This document shows positions 48,539 to 58,343 of a stretch of DNA of 64,000 nucleotides, in pieces. Under the pieces are notes generated by a model. That model saw only the letters and a list, made by a program, of their open reading frames with translations. It was not told the DNA's origin and searched no databases. The DNA comes from an uncultured delta proteobacterium (GTDB lineage Bacteria > Desulfobacterota > Binatia > UBA9968): positions 64,001-128,000 of the forward strand of contig CAVYTU010000014.1 in the NCBI GenBank assembly GCA_963771465.1, written 5' to 3'. Position 1 is the first letter of the stretch, and every line of letters begins with the position of its first letter. The translations under genes were made by a program, and so were the position numbers.

Positions 48539-49318
48539 CTAGCCGGGATAACCTAACCGCTTCGACAGTTCGCTCCCGGCCTTGAGCAAAGCCGGGGCGA
48601 TCTCACCATGGATCGCGTCATCGGTAAGCCGATGTCCCGGTCCCACGACCGCAAGAGTTCCGACCAGGGAGCGGGTGTAATCACGGATTGGCACGGCTAC
48701 GCCATTAACGTCTTCGGTAAACTCCCCGCATTCGATGGCATAGCCGGATTCACCAACTTTGATCATCTGCTCGCGCAAACGTCCTTGATCAACGATCGTC
48801 TTATCGGTGTAACGCGGCAATTTCTCGGGCAGACTCTGACTGGCGCTGCCGTCCGCTTCGAAAACCAAGTGCACCTTGCCCGCTGCGGTGCAGTGCGCCG
48901 GCAAAACCGTGCCGAGAAACGATACCACGCGCACCGCCCGTGGCGGTTCGACGAACTCCAGCGGAATGATCGAGCTTCCTTTACGAACCGCGACATAGGC
49001 GCTTTCTCTGGTCGCTTTGGACAAATCCGCGAGAATCGCTCTGGACTGCAACAGCAAACCCATTTGATGGATAAACGTCTGACCCAGCTGCAAACATTTC
49101 AAACCCAAGCGGTAGTTTTCCGAAATCCGGTTCTGTTCGATATAACCGCGCGCTTCGAGTGTCGCCAGCAGACGGAATACATTGTTCTTGTGGAGTTTGA
49201 GCCGTTTGCTTAACTCGGTCACACCGATCTCGTCGACATTGGCGTAAAACTGCTCCAACACGTCGAGTGCATGTGAAACGGATTGAATGACATAATTAGC
49301 CTTCTCGCGCCGAACCAT
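48539..49318 (-). CDS. IclR family transcriptional regulator
   Basis: IQSVSHALDVLE HTH, HCTAAGK, VAVPIRD. Confidence 0.92.
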   Translation of the reverse strand: MVRREKANYVIQSVSHALDVLEQFYANVDEIGVTELSKRLKLHKNNVFRLLATLEARGYIEQNRISENYRLGLKCLQLGQTFIHQMGLLLQSRAILADLSKATRESAYVAVRKGSSIIPLEFVEPPRAVRVVSFLGTVLPAHCTAAGKVHLVFEADGSASQSLPEKLPRYTDKTIVDQGRLREQMIKVGESGYAIECGEFTEDVNGVAVPIRDYTRSLVGTLAVVGPGHRLTDDAIHGEIAPALLKAGSELSKRLGYPG

Positions 49319-49517
49319 ACTTCATCCCCCAATGATTTTTGTTAACTAACCGAGCTGTTTTCAGGCCACCCGATGGGCCGGGCCAAAAAAGCGTTTTAAC
49401 CTAACCCAGAGGTTCGCGCTTGTCAATTCGCTGACTGGAGAATTAAAACGACCTCAAATTGCGTCACAAACTGCCACCAAACAGAGTCTGCTCATGGCAT
49501 GACAGCCCGGCTATGGC

Positions 49518-49546
49518 TTGACGGTTCAAGGCCGATCCGGCAATAT
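49518..49546 (+). promoter_or_regulatory. Putative sigma70 promoter of the trp leader
   Basis: TTGACG-17 nt-CAATAT just upstream of the leader ORF. Confidence 0.5.
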
Positions 49547-49553
49547 GGAGATC

Positions 49554-49634
49554 ATGAACGGTTTTTTGGGAGCAGATAAATCAATGTTCGGCTGGTGGCA
49601 CTGGCGCGCAAAACCGCGTCAGCGCCATGGCTAA
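49554..49634 (+). CDS. trpL: Trp attenuator leader peptide MNGFLGADKSMFGWWHWRAKPRQRHG
   Basis: GGAG RBS, TGG-TGG-CAC-TGG codons, located upstream of a terminator and trpE. Confidence 0.85.
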   Translation: MNGFLGADKSMFGWWHWRAKPRQRHG

Positions 49635-49660
49635 GAGTCGTCCCAGCAAATAAAGTAGGA

Positions 49661-49698
49661 AAGGGCCATAGGTGATCGACTTATGGCCCTTTTTATTT
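49661..49698 (+). terminator. trp attenuator terminator
   Basis: AAGGGCCATAGGT-gatcg-ACTTATGGCCCTT + TTTATTT. Confidence 0.88.
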
Positions 49699-49820
49699 CT
49701 TATTGACCCGTCATTTCAGCGGGAACCAAAGATGGGATTTGCCACAGGACGCGAGCACCCATTGGTCAAGAAACCGATAAACCGCCGGGAAGTGGCTTAG
49801 CAATTTAGCTTGTCGCAAAA

Positions 49821-51308
49821 ATGATACAACCGAACTTCAAAGAATTCTGCCAGCTGGCTAAGCAAGGCAACTTGATTCCAGTCTATCAAGAGTTGTTGAT
49901 GGACTTGGAAACGCCGCTGTCTTTTTTTAAGCGACTGGAGCGTGACCGCTACGCCTTCCTGCTGGAAAGCGTCGAAGGCAGCGAGCGCTGGGCGCGCTAC
50001 TCTTTTCTCGGCACCCGGCCAGAGCGGGTTTTCAAAGCGCGCGGCGACCAGGTCGAGATTATCGAGAACGGCAAAGCAAATAAATTCACTTCTGCGGCGC
50101 CGCTGCAGTTACTCGAAGAGCTGATGAAAGGCTACCGGCCGGTGCCGCTGGCCGGTATGCCGCCATTTTTCGGCGGCGCTTTGGGCTATGTCGCCTACGA
50201 CGCGGTGGCGCAGTTTCACGACATCAAGAACGACAAAAAAGATCCCCTCGGCATGCCGGAAATATTCTTTTTATTCGTGCAGACGCTGATCGCGTTCGAC
50301 AATTTGAAACACACGATCAAAGTCATCGACAACGCCCACGTGGAGCCAACAACCAACTTGCGCCGCGCTTATGACGCGTCGGTCAAACGCATCCGCAAAG
50401 TGATCTCCAGCCTGCAAAAAAAGCCGCGCGGCATCGAACCGCGGGAGTTAAACCAAGGCATGGGCACGCGAAAGTTCCGCTCCAATCTCACCCAGGATAA
50501 GTTCCAACAAGCCGTGGCGCACGCTAAGGAATACATCAAAGCCGGCGATATCATTCAGGCCGTGCTGTGCCAGCGGCTCGAAACCGAGACCGACAGCGAT
50601 CCTTTTGAAATCTATCGCGCGCTCCGTTACGTCAACCCGTCGCCCTATATGTTTTACCTTGAGCTCGATGATTTAAGGGTCGTCGGCTCGTCACCGGAAA
50701 CCATGGTGCGACTCACCGGGGACATCATTGAACTTCGCCCCATCGCCGGCACGCGCCGGCGCGGCGCCACGCCGGATGAAGAGAGCGCGCTCGAAGCCGA
50801 GCTGCTTGCCGATCCGAAGGAACGGGCTGAACACATCATGCTCGTCGATCTCGGTCGAAACGACGTCGGCCGGGTCGCCGTGATCGGCAGCGTTGAAGTG
50901 AACGAATTGATGGCCATCGAGCGCTATTCCCACGTGATTCACATTGTCTCGAATGTACGCGGTAAGCTGGCCACCGGCAAGACCGCTTTCGATCTCTTCG
51001 TCGCGTCCTTTCCGGCAGGGACGGTTTCCGGCGCGCCCAAAGTCCGGGCCATGCAGATTATCAGCGAGTTAGAGCCGCAAAAGCGCGCACTCTACGCTGG
51101 CGCCATCGGCTACTTCGGCTACAATGGCAACCTCGACACCTGCATCGTCATTCGCACCATCGTCATGAAGGGGAAAAAAGTTTTTATCAACGCCGGAGCC
51201 GGCATCGTCGCCGACTCCGATCCCGCCCTCGAGTATCAAGAGACGTTGAACAAAGCGCGCGCCATGCTTAAAGCCGTCGAGCTCGCCGAACAGTGGAGAA
51301 AGCGATGA
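49821..51308 (+). CDS. trpE: Anthranilate synthase component I
   Basis: FLLESVEG, NPSPYMFY, PIAGTRRRG, EHIMLVDLGRND, FPAGTVSGAPK. Confidence 0.96.
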   Translation: MIQPNFKEFCQLAKQGNLIPVYQELLMDLETPLSFFKRLERDRYAFLLESVEGSERWARYSFLGTRPERVFKARGDQVEIIENGKANKFTSAAPLQLLEELMKGYRPVPLAGMPPFFGGALGYVAYDAVAQFHDIKNDKKDPLGMPEIFFLFVQTLIAFDNLKHTIKVIDNAHVEPTTNLRRAYDASVKRIRKVISSLQKKPRGIEPRELNQGMGTRKFRSNLTQDKFQQAVAHAKEYIKAGDIIQAVLCQRLETETDSDPFEIYRALRYVNPSPYMFYLELDDLRVVGSSPETMVRLTGDIIELRPIAGTRRRGATPDEESALEAELLADPKERAEHIMLVDLGRNDVGRVAVIGSVEVNELMAIERYSHVIHIVSNVRGKLATGKTAFDLFVASFPAGTVSGAPKVRAMQIISELEPQKRALYAGAIGYFGYNGNLDTCIVIRTIVMKGKKVFINAGAGIVADSDPALEYQETLNKARAMLKAVELAEQWRKR

Positions 51309-51868
51309 TCCTGCTCATCGATAATTACGATTCGTTCACTTATAACCTGTATCACTATCTCGGCGAACTGGGAGCCGATGTTAAAGTTTATCGCAACGAC
51401 AAAATAACGCTTGATGAAATCGCCGCATTGCGGCCGGAAAAAATCGTCATCTCACCGGGACCCTGCACGCCGAAAGAAGCCGGCATCTCCTGCGACACGA
51501 TCAAACGATTCGGCGCGGCCATGCCGATCCTCGGCGTTTGTTTGGGCCATCAGGCCATCGGCGCCGCCTACGGCGGGACCATTATCCGCGCGCCGTCGAT
51601 TATGCACGGCAAGCTATCCGACGTAAGCCATGACTCCAAGACCATTTTCCGGGACGTCAAGAATCCCTTCGCCGCCATGCGCTACCACTCGTTGGTGATC
51701 GATCCGAAAAGTTTGCCCGACGAGCTAACCGCCAGCGCGCGTACTGCCGACGGCGTCATTATGGCGGTGCGGCATAAAACCTTTCCGGTCGAAGGCGTGC
51801 AGTTCCATCCGGAATCGATTCTTGCGGAAGATGGCAAAAAGCTGCTGAAGAACTTTCTCGACCTGTAA
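51305..51868 (+). CDS. trpG: Anthranilate synthase component II
   Basis: IDNYDSFTYN, SPGP, GVCLGHQ, QFHPES; ATGA overlap with trpE. Confidence 0.95.
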   Translation: MILLIDNYDSFTYNLYHYLGELGADVKVYRNDKITLDEIAALRPEKIVISPGPCTPKEAGISCDTIKRFGAAMPILGVCLGHQAIGAAYGGTIIRAPSIMHGKLSDVSHDSKTIFRDVKNPFAAMRYHSLVIDPKSLPDELTASARTADGVIMAVRHKTFPVEGVQFHPESILAEDGKKLLKNFLDL

Positions 51869-51882
51869 TCAGCCCGTCATCC

Positions 51883-52302
51883 ATGAAGCTCCTCTGTTTC
51901 CAGGCCAAACGCTTCCGTTGGAAGACTCATTCAAAAACTCTGCCGCAAGCTGTCGATACCGAGATCGAAGTGGAAGTCCGGCAAACGGTTGTGATCTTCA
52001 TCCACTTGGAAGCCAGCGACGCCGAGGAAGTCCGCACAAGTTCGGTGCAACGTCAGGTCTTGAAGCACATCAAATGGCTCGCCAATAAGCGCGAGCTGAA
52101 AAACATCGTGCTCCACTCGTTTACCCATCTCGGCGGCGCCACTGCCGAGCCCGCCTTCGCGGAATCATTTATCACTACGCTGAGTCAACGCTTGAGCGAG
52201 ACCGGCTATAACGTATCGGCCACACCGTTCGGTTATTTCTGCGAATGGGATCTCGAAGTCTTCGGCGATAGTCTGGCAAAAGTTTGGAAAGAAATTCGCT
52301 GA
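51883..52302 (+). CDS. Stand-alone archaeal-type threonyl-tRNA synthetase editing domain protein
   Basis: FIHLE, IVLHSFTHL, TPFGY, GDSLAK align with archaeal FxxVE, YPxAHL, PFGYYK, GHPL motifs. Confidence 0.75.
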   Translation: MKLLCFQAKRFRWKTHSKTLPQAVDTEIEVEVRQTVVIFIHLEASDAEEVRTSSVQRQVLKHIKWLANKRELKNIVLHSFTHLGGATAEPAFAESFITTLSQRLSETGYNVSATPFGYFCEWDLEVFGDSLAKVWKEIR

Positions 52303-52419
52303 ATCCTAGTCCGTGACTCTGATCGCGGCCAGAAGACGAGTCTCCAAAGATCGCGAACGCCCCACATTTTTGGAAAGTATGTTATGATGCAAACGCGTCT
52401 ATGAGCTTGGAGGTCAGAA

Positions 52420-52971
52420 ATGTTTCGAGGTAAGCCTAAGATTGCCTATGGCCTATTGGTCGGAGTTATTTTCCTAAGCTTTTCGGCGTGCAAGGAAAAA
52501 GAAAAAGTCGACGGGATGAGGGCGCTTCCCGACTTAAACGAGCACGCCCGCGCTTACACGACCGTCGAAAGTACCAAGGTCCGCACGGGACCGGGGCCGC
52601 AATTTAAGGTGATCGCCGACATTCCCACTGACGCCAAGGTCACCGCGGTGGGCAGAGACGGCGACTGGTTGTTGATCGTTTCCAAAAAAGGCAATTCGCC
52701 CGGCTTTATCGAAATGGCGGCGGTGCAAGGCGGCGGCAGCGAAAGACGGGATGCGTCGCGAGTGGCGGCGGAGGGCAAGTACCAAACGATCAACGAGACA
52801 CAGGTGCGCAGCGGTCCAGGACTCCATTACCCGGTGGTCGCCGATCTTACCAAAGGCACCAAAATCACGGTTGTCGATAATGAAAACGGCTGGCTAAAAG
52901 TTGAGTCAAAACGGGGCAACAAGCCAGGCTACGTTGACGCGAGCTTCGCGCGACCAACGGAAGGGCCGTAA
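52420..52971 (+). CDS. Lipoprotein with two SH3b-like domains
   Basis: Lipobox FSAC; VRTGPG/VRSGPG...WL...PG(F/Y) twice. Confidence 0.8.
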   Translation: MFRGKPKIAYGLLVGVIFLSFSACKEKEKVDGMRALPDLNEHARAYTTVESTKVRTGPGPQFKVIADIPTDAKVTAVGRDGDWLLIVSKKGNSPGFIEMAAVQGGGSERRDASRVAAEGKYQTINETQVRSGPGLHYPVVADLTKGTKITVVDNENGWLKVESKRGNKPGYVDASFARPTEGP

Positions 52972-52995
52972 CCTCGTCTGCTGAATTCTCATAAA

Positions 52996-53964
52996 TCACA
53001 GCTTCAGCAAGCGCGCCGCCGTGCCACCCAAGATATCTTCTTTGCTCTGCGCGCCGAGCGGCAGCTGGCGAATGGTCTCGATATAATTGCGCAGTTCGGT
53101 CATGCCCTTCCCCGTGTCCGTATTTACGCCGGTGAAGTCCTGCGGATAATCGCTGGCGAAGACCAGCCGCTCCGGCTGTATGCCCTCAAGCGCGCAGTTG
53201 AGCGCGACGGTGCCGCCTTCGAATCCGGCCATGTCGAAAAAAACCATGTTGTAATATTCGCTGAAGGAGCGCTTGAGCGTGCCGAATCGATACCCCTTGC
53301 CCACCAAGCGGTCTTTCACCGCGGCGATGCCGCCGCCGAAGTGCGCCATGACTATTTTCAAGTTTGGATAGCGGTCGAAAATACCGCCGGCGATCAAGCG
53401 CGTGGTCGCAACGGTTAGATCGACTTCCCGCCCCAAAACTCGCGGCAAGTCATAATCTTTGAGATGTTCATAGCCGGTCGGTACCAGAGCGGGATGCACG
53501 AACACCGGCGCGTCCAACTCACACACGAGTTCGTAGAGATCGTAAAGTTTTGGCGAGTCGAGCGACAAGCCGCTCACCTGCGATGTTATCGTGACCCCGC
53601 GCAGGCCGAGATCGGTCAACGCCCGGCGCAATTCCGCCAGCGCCGGCTTGCCTTCCAACACCGGCGCCTGCGCCAAGCCGACGAAGCGGCGCGGATATTT
53701 TTTTTGGATCGCAGCAAGATCGTCGTTGATAAAGCGGCATTCGTCCAACGGCGCCGACCAACCGAGCAAACAGGACAGCACCGAGATATCGACGCCGGCT
53801 TGATCCATGTCTACGAGCTGTAAATCTAGGTCGTATAATCTTTGATGCATCGTCGTCGCCGGCAAGCCGCCTTCTTGCAGCAGGGTTCTACCCGTTTCGG
53901 AATAAAGTCCGCGCCGCTTGGCCAGTTCAACTGGAATATAGTGATGTTGAAAATCAACGACCAT
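52996..53964 (-). CDS. Amidohydrolase_2 family protein (ACMSD-like)
   Basis: DFQHH, VFVHP, AHFGG, FASDYP. Confidence 0.88.
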   Translation of the reverse strand: MVVDFQHHYIPVELAKRRGLYSETGRTLLQEGGLPATTMHQRLYDLDLQLVDMDQAGVDISVLSCLLGWSAPLDECRFINDDLAAIQKKYPRRFVGLAQAPVLEGKPALAELRRALTDLGLRGVTITSQVSGLSLDSPKLYDLYELVCELDAPVFVHPALVPTGYEHLKDYDLPRVLGREVDLTVATTRLIAGGIFDRYPNLKIVMAHFGGGIAAVKDRLVGKGYRFGTLKRSFSEYYNMVFFDMAGFEGGTVALNCALEGIQPERLVFASDYPQDFTGVNTDTGKGMTELRNYIETIRQLPLGAQSKEDILGGTAARLLKL

Positions 53965-53979
53965 TATTGCTCCATCCTT

Positions 53980-55407
53980 TTAGAAATTAGCTTTCATTGT
54001 CGAGCTGTGCCGGCTTTGCAGCGTCACAGCCACAGCTAGTAACCCGACCGGCACCAAGCACGCAAACGCGAACTGTTGAGCGCTGGCGAATACCGCGCCA
54101 TCCGTCCAAAGTCGTGAACCGCCGGCGCCTTCCATCAATGCGACCGTGATGGTAATGCCGATGGTTCCCGCGGCCGTCCCGAAAGAGCTGAGCATGGCGG
54201 CGAGTACGCCGTAATCTTCCGGGCGCGCGGAAGCGAAGGCAATTTTCTGATTGGCCGGCGTGAAAACCCCGATGCCGACGCCGATCAAGGCCAGCACCGC
54301 GCCGACAACGATGTAATGAGAAGCATGGCCAAGCGCCGCATAGCAAGCGATACCAGCCACCAGCAAGCCGATCCCCAAAGTGTTGATCATCCTAGCGTCG
54401 AAGCGATCAGCCAAACGTCCGCTAATCGGCGACGCCAGTGCGGTGGACAGCGGCAAGATCGCCAATAGTAATCCAGACGTGATGACTGACGCGCCCAGGA
54501 CGTTTTGCAAATAGAGCGGCGCGGCGAGCGCGATGGGATGATTGATCAGATGACTGAGCACGACGGTGAGAAGCGCAGCGGCAAGCAGGCGATCTTTAAA
54601 GATTGCGACATCGATCAGGGGTTTTGCGGCACGACGTTCAATCCAAACGAAACTCAGCAAACCGAGCGCCGCGACGGCGAATGCGCCGAGCACTGGCATC
54701 GATAGCCAGCCCTGACTGCCGCCGAAAGTCAGTCCGATGAGCAACGCGGGATAACCGACGAGGAGCGCCGCAGCGCCCCATATGTCGAAAATTTCCCGCT
54801 GGATCTCCTCGCCCGGACCATGAAATATTTTCAGCACAGCGAGCGTCACCACCGAGCCGACGGCGAAGTTCATCCAGAAGATCCACGGCCAGCCGCCCAA
54901 ATGAAGCAAGAAGCCGCCGACCGCTGGGCCGGTCATGCGGCCGATCGCGATCGCCGACGCAAAGAGGCCGAGCACACGACCGCGCCTTTCCGGCGCAAAA
55001 CTTGTAGCGAGAATTGCCGTTGACATCGGCAATGCCATCGCCAGCCCCAGCGCCATCACAGCGCGCGCACCCAGCAGTTGTAGGAACGAAGTCGAAATTC
55101 CGCCCAAACCGGCGCCGCCGGCATAAAAGGCCACGCCAACTTTGTAGAGCCGGCGCTGACCGAAATTGCCACCAAGCCTGCCGAAACAAAATGACAGACT
55201 GGAAATTGTCACTACGCCCATCAGCGTGATCCATTGGATCTCGGACAAACTGTTGGCGAATTGTTTTTGCATCGCCGGCAGCGCCACACCGATACTGCCG
55301 AAGCTGTTGAAAAATAAAAAAGCCGCGAGGCAGGTAACCGTGAGGATGGCTCGCTCTTCGGCGGGCGAGCACGCCGGCGCAACCGTAGTGGGGTGATCAT
55401 TAGACAT
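53980..55407 (-). CDS. MFS transporter (DHA2-like)
   Basis: About 14 TMs, GPAVGGFL, WPWIFWMN, GRLADRF. Confidence 0.88.
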   Translation of the reverse strand: MSNDHPTTVAPACSPAEERAILTVTCLAAFLFFNSFGSIGVALPAMQKQFANSLSEIQWITLMGVVTISSLSFCFGRLGGNFGQRRLYKVGVAFYAGGAGLGGISTSFLQLLGARAVMALGLAMALPMSTAILATSFAPERRGRVLGLFASAIAIGRMTGPAVGGFLLHLGGWPWIFWMNFAVGSVVTLAVLKIFHGPGEEIQREIFDIWGAAALLVGYPALLIGLTFGGSQGWLSMPVLGAFAVAALGLLSFVWIERRAAKPLIDVAIFKDRLLAAALLTVVLSHLINHPIALAAPLYLQNVLGASVITSGLLLAILPLSTALASPISGRLADRFDARMINTLGIGLLVAGIACYAALGHASHYIVVGAVLALIGVGIGVFTPANQKIAFASARPEDYGVLAAMLSSFGTAAGTIGITITVALMEGAGGSRLWTDGAVFASAQQFAFACLVPVGLLAVAVTLQSRHSSTMKANF

Positions 55408-55714
55408 CGGGCTGTTGTGATAGCGCTGCGGACTAGCCATGTGAATAGCCGATGTTTACTGCGATCTCCAGCTCTTCTCTTTTTTCCCTCCGGATCGATC
55501 CCAACCCTGCCGCAACGGGCGGAAAAGCATTTTCGAACGGGTAGTTACAATTTTTACCTTTATTCACGATTTTGTTCGCTCCAAAGTTCTTGCACGGTCA
55601 GGAAATGGCCCTAAATCAGCGGTTTAGCCGTTCTTTTCGAATTTTGTGCTTGGCATAACTTTGGCGAAGTTGGATAATAAAACCGATCTTAACCAGCGTT
55701 AAGGAGCCCCTCAA

Positions 55715-57283
55715 ATGGAGAGTACATTTATTTGGATCGTCATATTTGCCGGCGCGGCGATCGCGTTGCTGGCCGTATTCTTGGTCGCGTCTGAACGGGA
55801 GCTTAAGAAAAAACGCCAGGAAGTCGACGAGCTTGGGGCCAAGTTGGGCGAGCAGCCGGCGGAAGTTGCCGCGCCGACCATGGCCATGGCGATGCCAGCA
55901 GTGGACAGCGAAAAGCTCGACGCATTGCAGGCGAAAACTCGGCAGCTTGAAAATGAGCTTGCGACAGCTATGAGTAAGTTGGAATTGAGCCGAAGAACCA
56001 TTGAGGAGTTACAAGACGATCAACGGCGCAGCGAAGCGACCCAGTCCAACGCCCAGTGGTTGCAGACTTCCAACGATCAGCTCAAATCCGAAATCGAAGA
56101 CTTGAAACAACGCGCGCTAACGAGCGAGGCCAGGATCAATGAATCCGCGCCGCATAATCAGGACGCCAGTGAAAGCCAACGACAGTTGGAGGCCCAAGTC
56201 GCGACCTTGCAACAACAGCTCACGGCAAATCAGTCAAAGCTCCGCGAATTCGACTCTATCGAACAGAAGCTGGCTAATGCCGAATCCATCGAAACCAGCC
56301 ATCGTGACGCGCGCCGAGGGCTGGAAACTCGGATCGCCGATTTGGAACAAGAGTTATCGTCACGCGCGGAAAAACTGCGTGAGTTGGACGCACTGCGGCA
56401 GCGGCTGGCCGAAGCCGAAAATAGCCAGCACACGCTGCGCGAGGAAAATCGGCGCTACAGCGACGAGATCGCTCGTTGGCAACAACGGGGTAACGAAGCG
56501 GAAGAGAGCCGACGGCGCCTCGCCGAATTGCGTGAGCCTTTCGACACGTTGCTCGCCAAGCAAGCAGCTTTGGAAGAGCGCCAGCGCGAATTCAAAGGCG
56601 AGCTATTGGCGTTCGCTCAAGTCATGTCCAATCCGACCGAACATTCGCGCCCGGCCGGCACCGATGATCAATCGAGAAGTGCAAACGCCGCGGTAGATAT
56701 CGCTCCACCGACAGCGGCAATGCTTGACGATTCCACTGTGGTCGTTGCGCCAACCCAGCTGGTTGCGGCCGAGACGATGGAGAAACCGAAACGGCGCTTC
56801 GGCATCTTTCCGATGGTGCTTATCGTCGCTGCGGGCGGGGCATTGATGGCAAACCTATGGAATTCACAAACCGTCGAAACGTCCACGCCGACGCTGACCG
56901 CCGTCCTGACGCCGGCGAGCGTGAAAAAAGATGTGGCGCCAAAAGTAGCCGTCGGCGAATCCGAACCCGACGCCACCAGCGCACCGGCACCGATTGCTGC
57001 GAAAGAACCAAGCAAAAGTCCAGCGAAAGAAACCAACGAGAAAGCCAAACCGGTACCAACCGCGAGCAATCAAACGCGCTTAACGGGGACCTATGAGATA
57101 ACTCAACTGAGCCGGGTTTATGCCGCGCCCAGTGAGAAATCGCAACTGGTCGGCGACATCGAGCCGGGCGTGAAAGTCAACGTGGTCAACGGCAAAGACG
57201 GCTGGCTGGAAATTCACTCCAAGTATGGCCGCCCGCCCGGCTTCATTCGCCGCGAGTCGGCGCGGGTTGCACCACAGAACTGA
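55715..57283 (+). CDS. Membrane-anchored coiled-coil protein with C-terminal SH3b-like domain
   Basis: N-terminal TM, about 280 aa heptad-rich region, second TM, P/A/K/T linker, GWLEIHSKYGRPPGFI. Confidence 0.8.
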   Translation: MESTFIWIVIFAGAAIALLAVFLVASERELKKKRQEVDELGAKLGEQPAEVAAPTMAMAMPAVDSEKLDALQAKTRQLENELATAMSKLELSRRTIEELQDDQRRSEATQSNAQWLQTSNDQLKSEIEDLKQRALTSEARINESAPHNQDASESQRQLEAQVATLQQQLTANQSKLREFDSIEQKLANAESIETSHRDARRGLETRIADLEQELSSRAEKLRELDALRQRLAEAENSQHTLREENRRYSDEIARWQQRGNEAEESRRRLAELREPFDTLLAKQAALEERQREFKGELLAFAQVMSNPTEHSRPAGTDDQSRSANAAVDIAPPTAAMLDDSTVVVAPTQLVAAETMEKPKRRFGIFPMVLIVAAGGALMANLWNSQTVETSTPTLTAVLTPASVKKDVAPKVAVGESEPDATSAPAPIAAKEPSKSPAKETNEKAKPVPTASNQTRLTGTYEITQLSRVYAAPSEKSQLVGDIEPGVKVNVVNGKDGWLEIHSKYGRPPGFIRRESARVAPQN

Positions 57284-57452
57284 TCCGCTACTGCGTTCTC
57301 CGCGCAACGACGGCCAATCCTATTCCCGTTTCCCTCCCGTTCGTTCATCCCGGATTCCTTAGGAACTGACGCACAAATTGTCTCCGGCCCGCTAGACGCT
57401 GGCGCAATTGCCGTGCTATGACTCGGACATCCTAATTAAACAGGAGGTCAAC

Positions 57453-57833
57453 ATGGCAAGACGAAAATGCGTTCATGTCAAAGGCATGGAACATGGCGCG
57501 CCGATTCCCAATGGCGTGGTGATCGGCAACATGGTTTTCTCCTCAGCGATCGGCGGTAAAGATGCCAAAACCGGCGTACTGTCGGAAAATCCGGATGAAC
57601 AGGCTGAAGCTATGTTTCGTAACCTGGCGCTGTTCATGGAAAACGCCGGCGGCTCGGTCGACAACATCGCCCATGTGAAACTCTATCTGAAAGATGAAAA
57701 ATACCGCGACAACGTCAACGCCCCGTGGGAAAAAATGTTCCCCGACGAGCACGATCGCCCGGCACGCCATGCGCTCAAAGTCGACCTGCGCGGTAAGAAT
57801 CTGTTTCAAATCGAAATAATCGCAGTGCTGTAA
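57453..57833 (+). CDS. RidA/YjgF family protein
   Basis: QAEAMFRNL, DRPARH, QIEIIA; AGGAGG RBS. Confidence 0.85.
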   Translation: MARRKCVHVKGMEHGAPIPNGVVIGNMVFSSAIGGKDAKTGVLSENPDEQAEAMFRNLALFMENAGGSVDNIAHVKLYLKDEKYRDNVNAPWEKMFPDEHDRPARHALKVDLRGKNLFQIEIIAVL

Positions 57834-57865
57834 TCAATTCATAAATTTCACCGAGGAGAAAACCT

Positions 57866-58252
57866 ATGCCCATAGAAATCATCGACATGGTCGATTTCGC
57901 TCACAAGGAAAAAAAGCGCAAAGAGATTTTCAACACGCCGCGCTTTCATGCCTGGATGCACTACTACCAACCGGGGCATAAAGACGAGCTGCACTGCCAT
58001 AACGCCGATCAAACGTTTTTCGTCATCGACGGCGAATGCACCATGCATTTCCCCGACGGCGGCAAAGCCGTGCTCACGCCAGGGATGGCCGCGACCATAA
58101 CCGGCGGCTCGTTCTATCAGCTGGAGAATGCCAGCGACAAACCGATGATTATGATGGGCAACCGCTCCGGCCCATCGGAGAACATTCAGATCATCGACTA
58201 TGTCACGCGCAAAGATATCCGCCAGAAAGTCCAAGCGAACGTCAACGTTTAG
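57866..58252 (+). CDS. Cupin domain protein
   Basis: LHCHNADQTFFVIDGE motif; GAGGAG RBS. Confidence 0.8.
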   Translation: MPIEIIDMVDFAHKEKKRKEIFNTPRFHAWMHYYQPGHKDELHCHNADQTFFVIDGECTMHFPDGGKAVLTPGMAATITGGSFYQLENASDKPMIMMGNRSGPSENIQIIDYVTRKDIRQKVQANVNV

Positions 58253-58343
58253 TAAAGATTGCGTCCCAGTCGTTTCAATCGTTCCGGCTGTTGCAATTGC
58301 ATCGAAGGCTGGAAACGATTGGAGCGGCTGGAACCCAAGGCTC

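Noticed and set aside
55650-55664. Sigma54 promoter (TGGCATAACTTTGGC)
   Set aside because: GG-N10-GC spacing fits but the -12 element is TGGC, not TTGC; too weak to call
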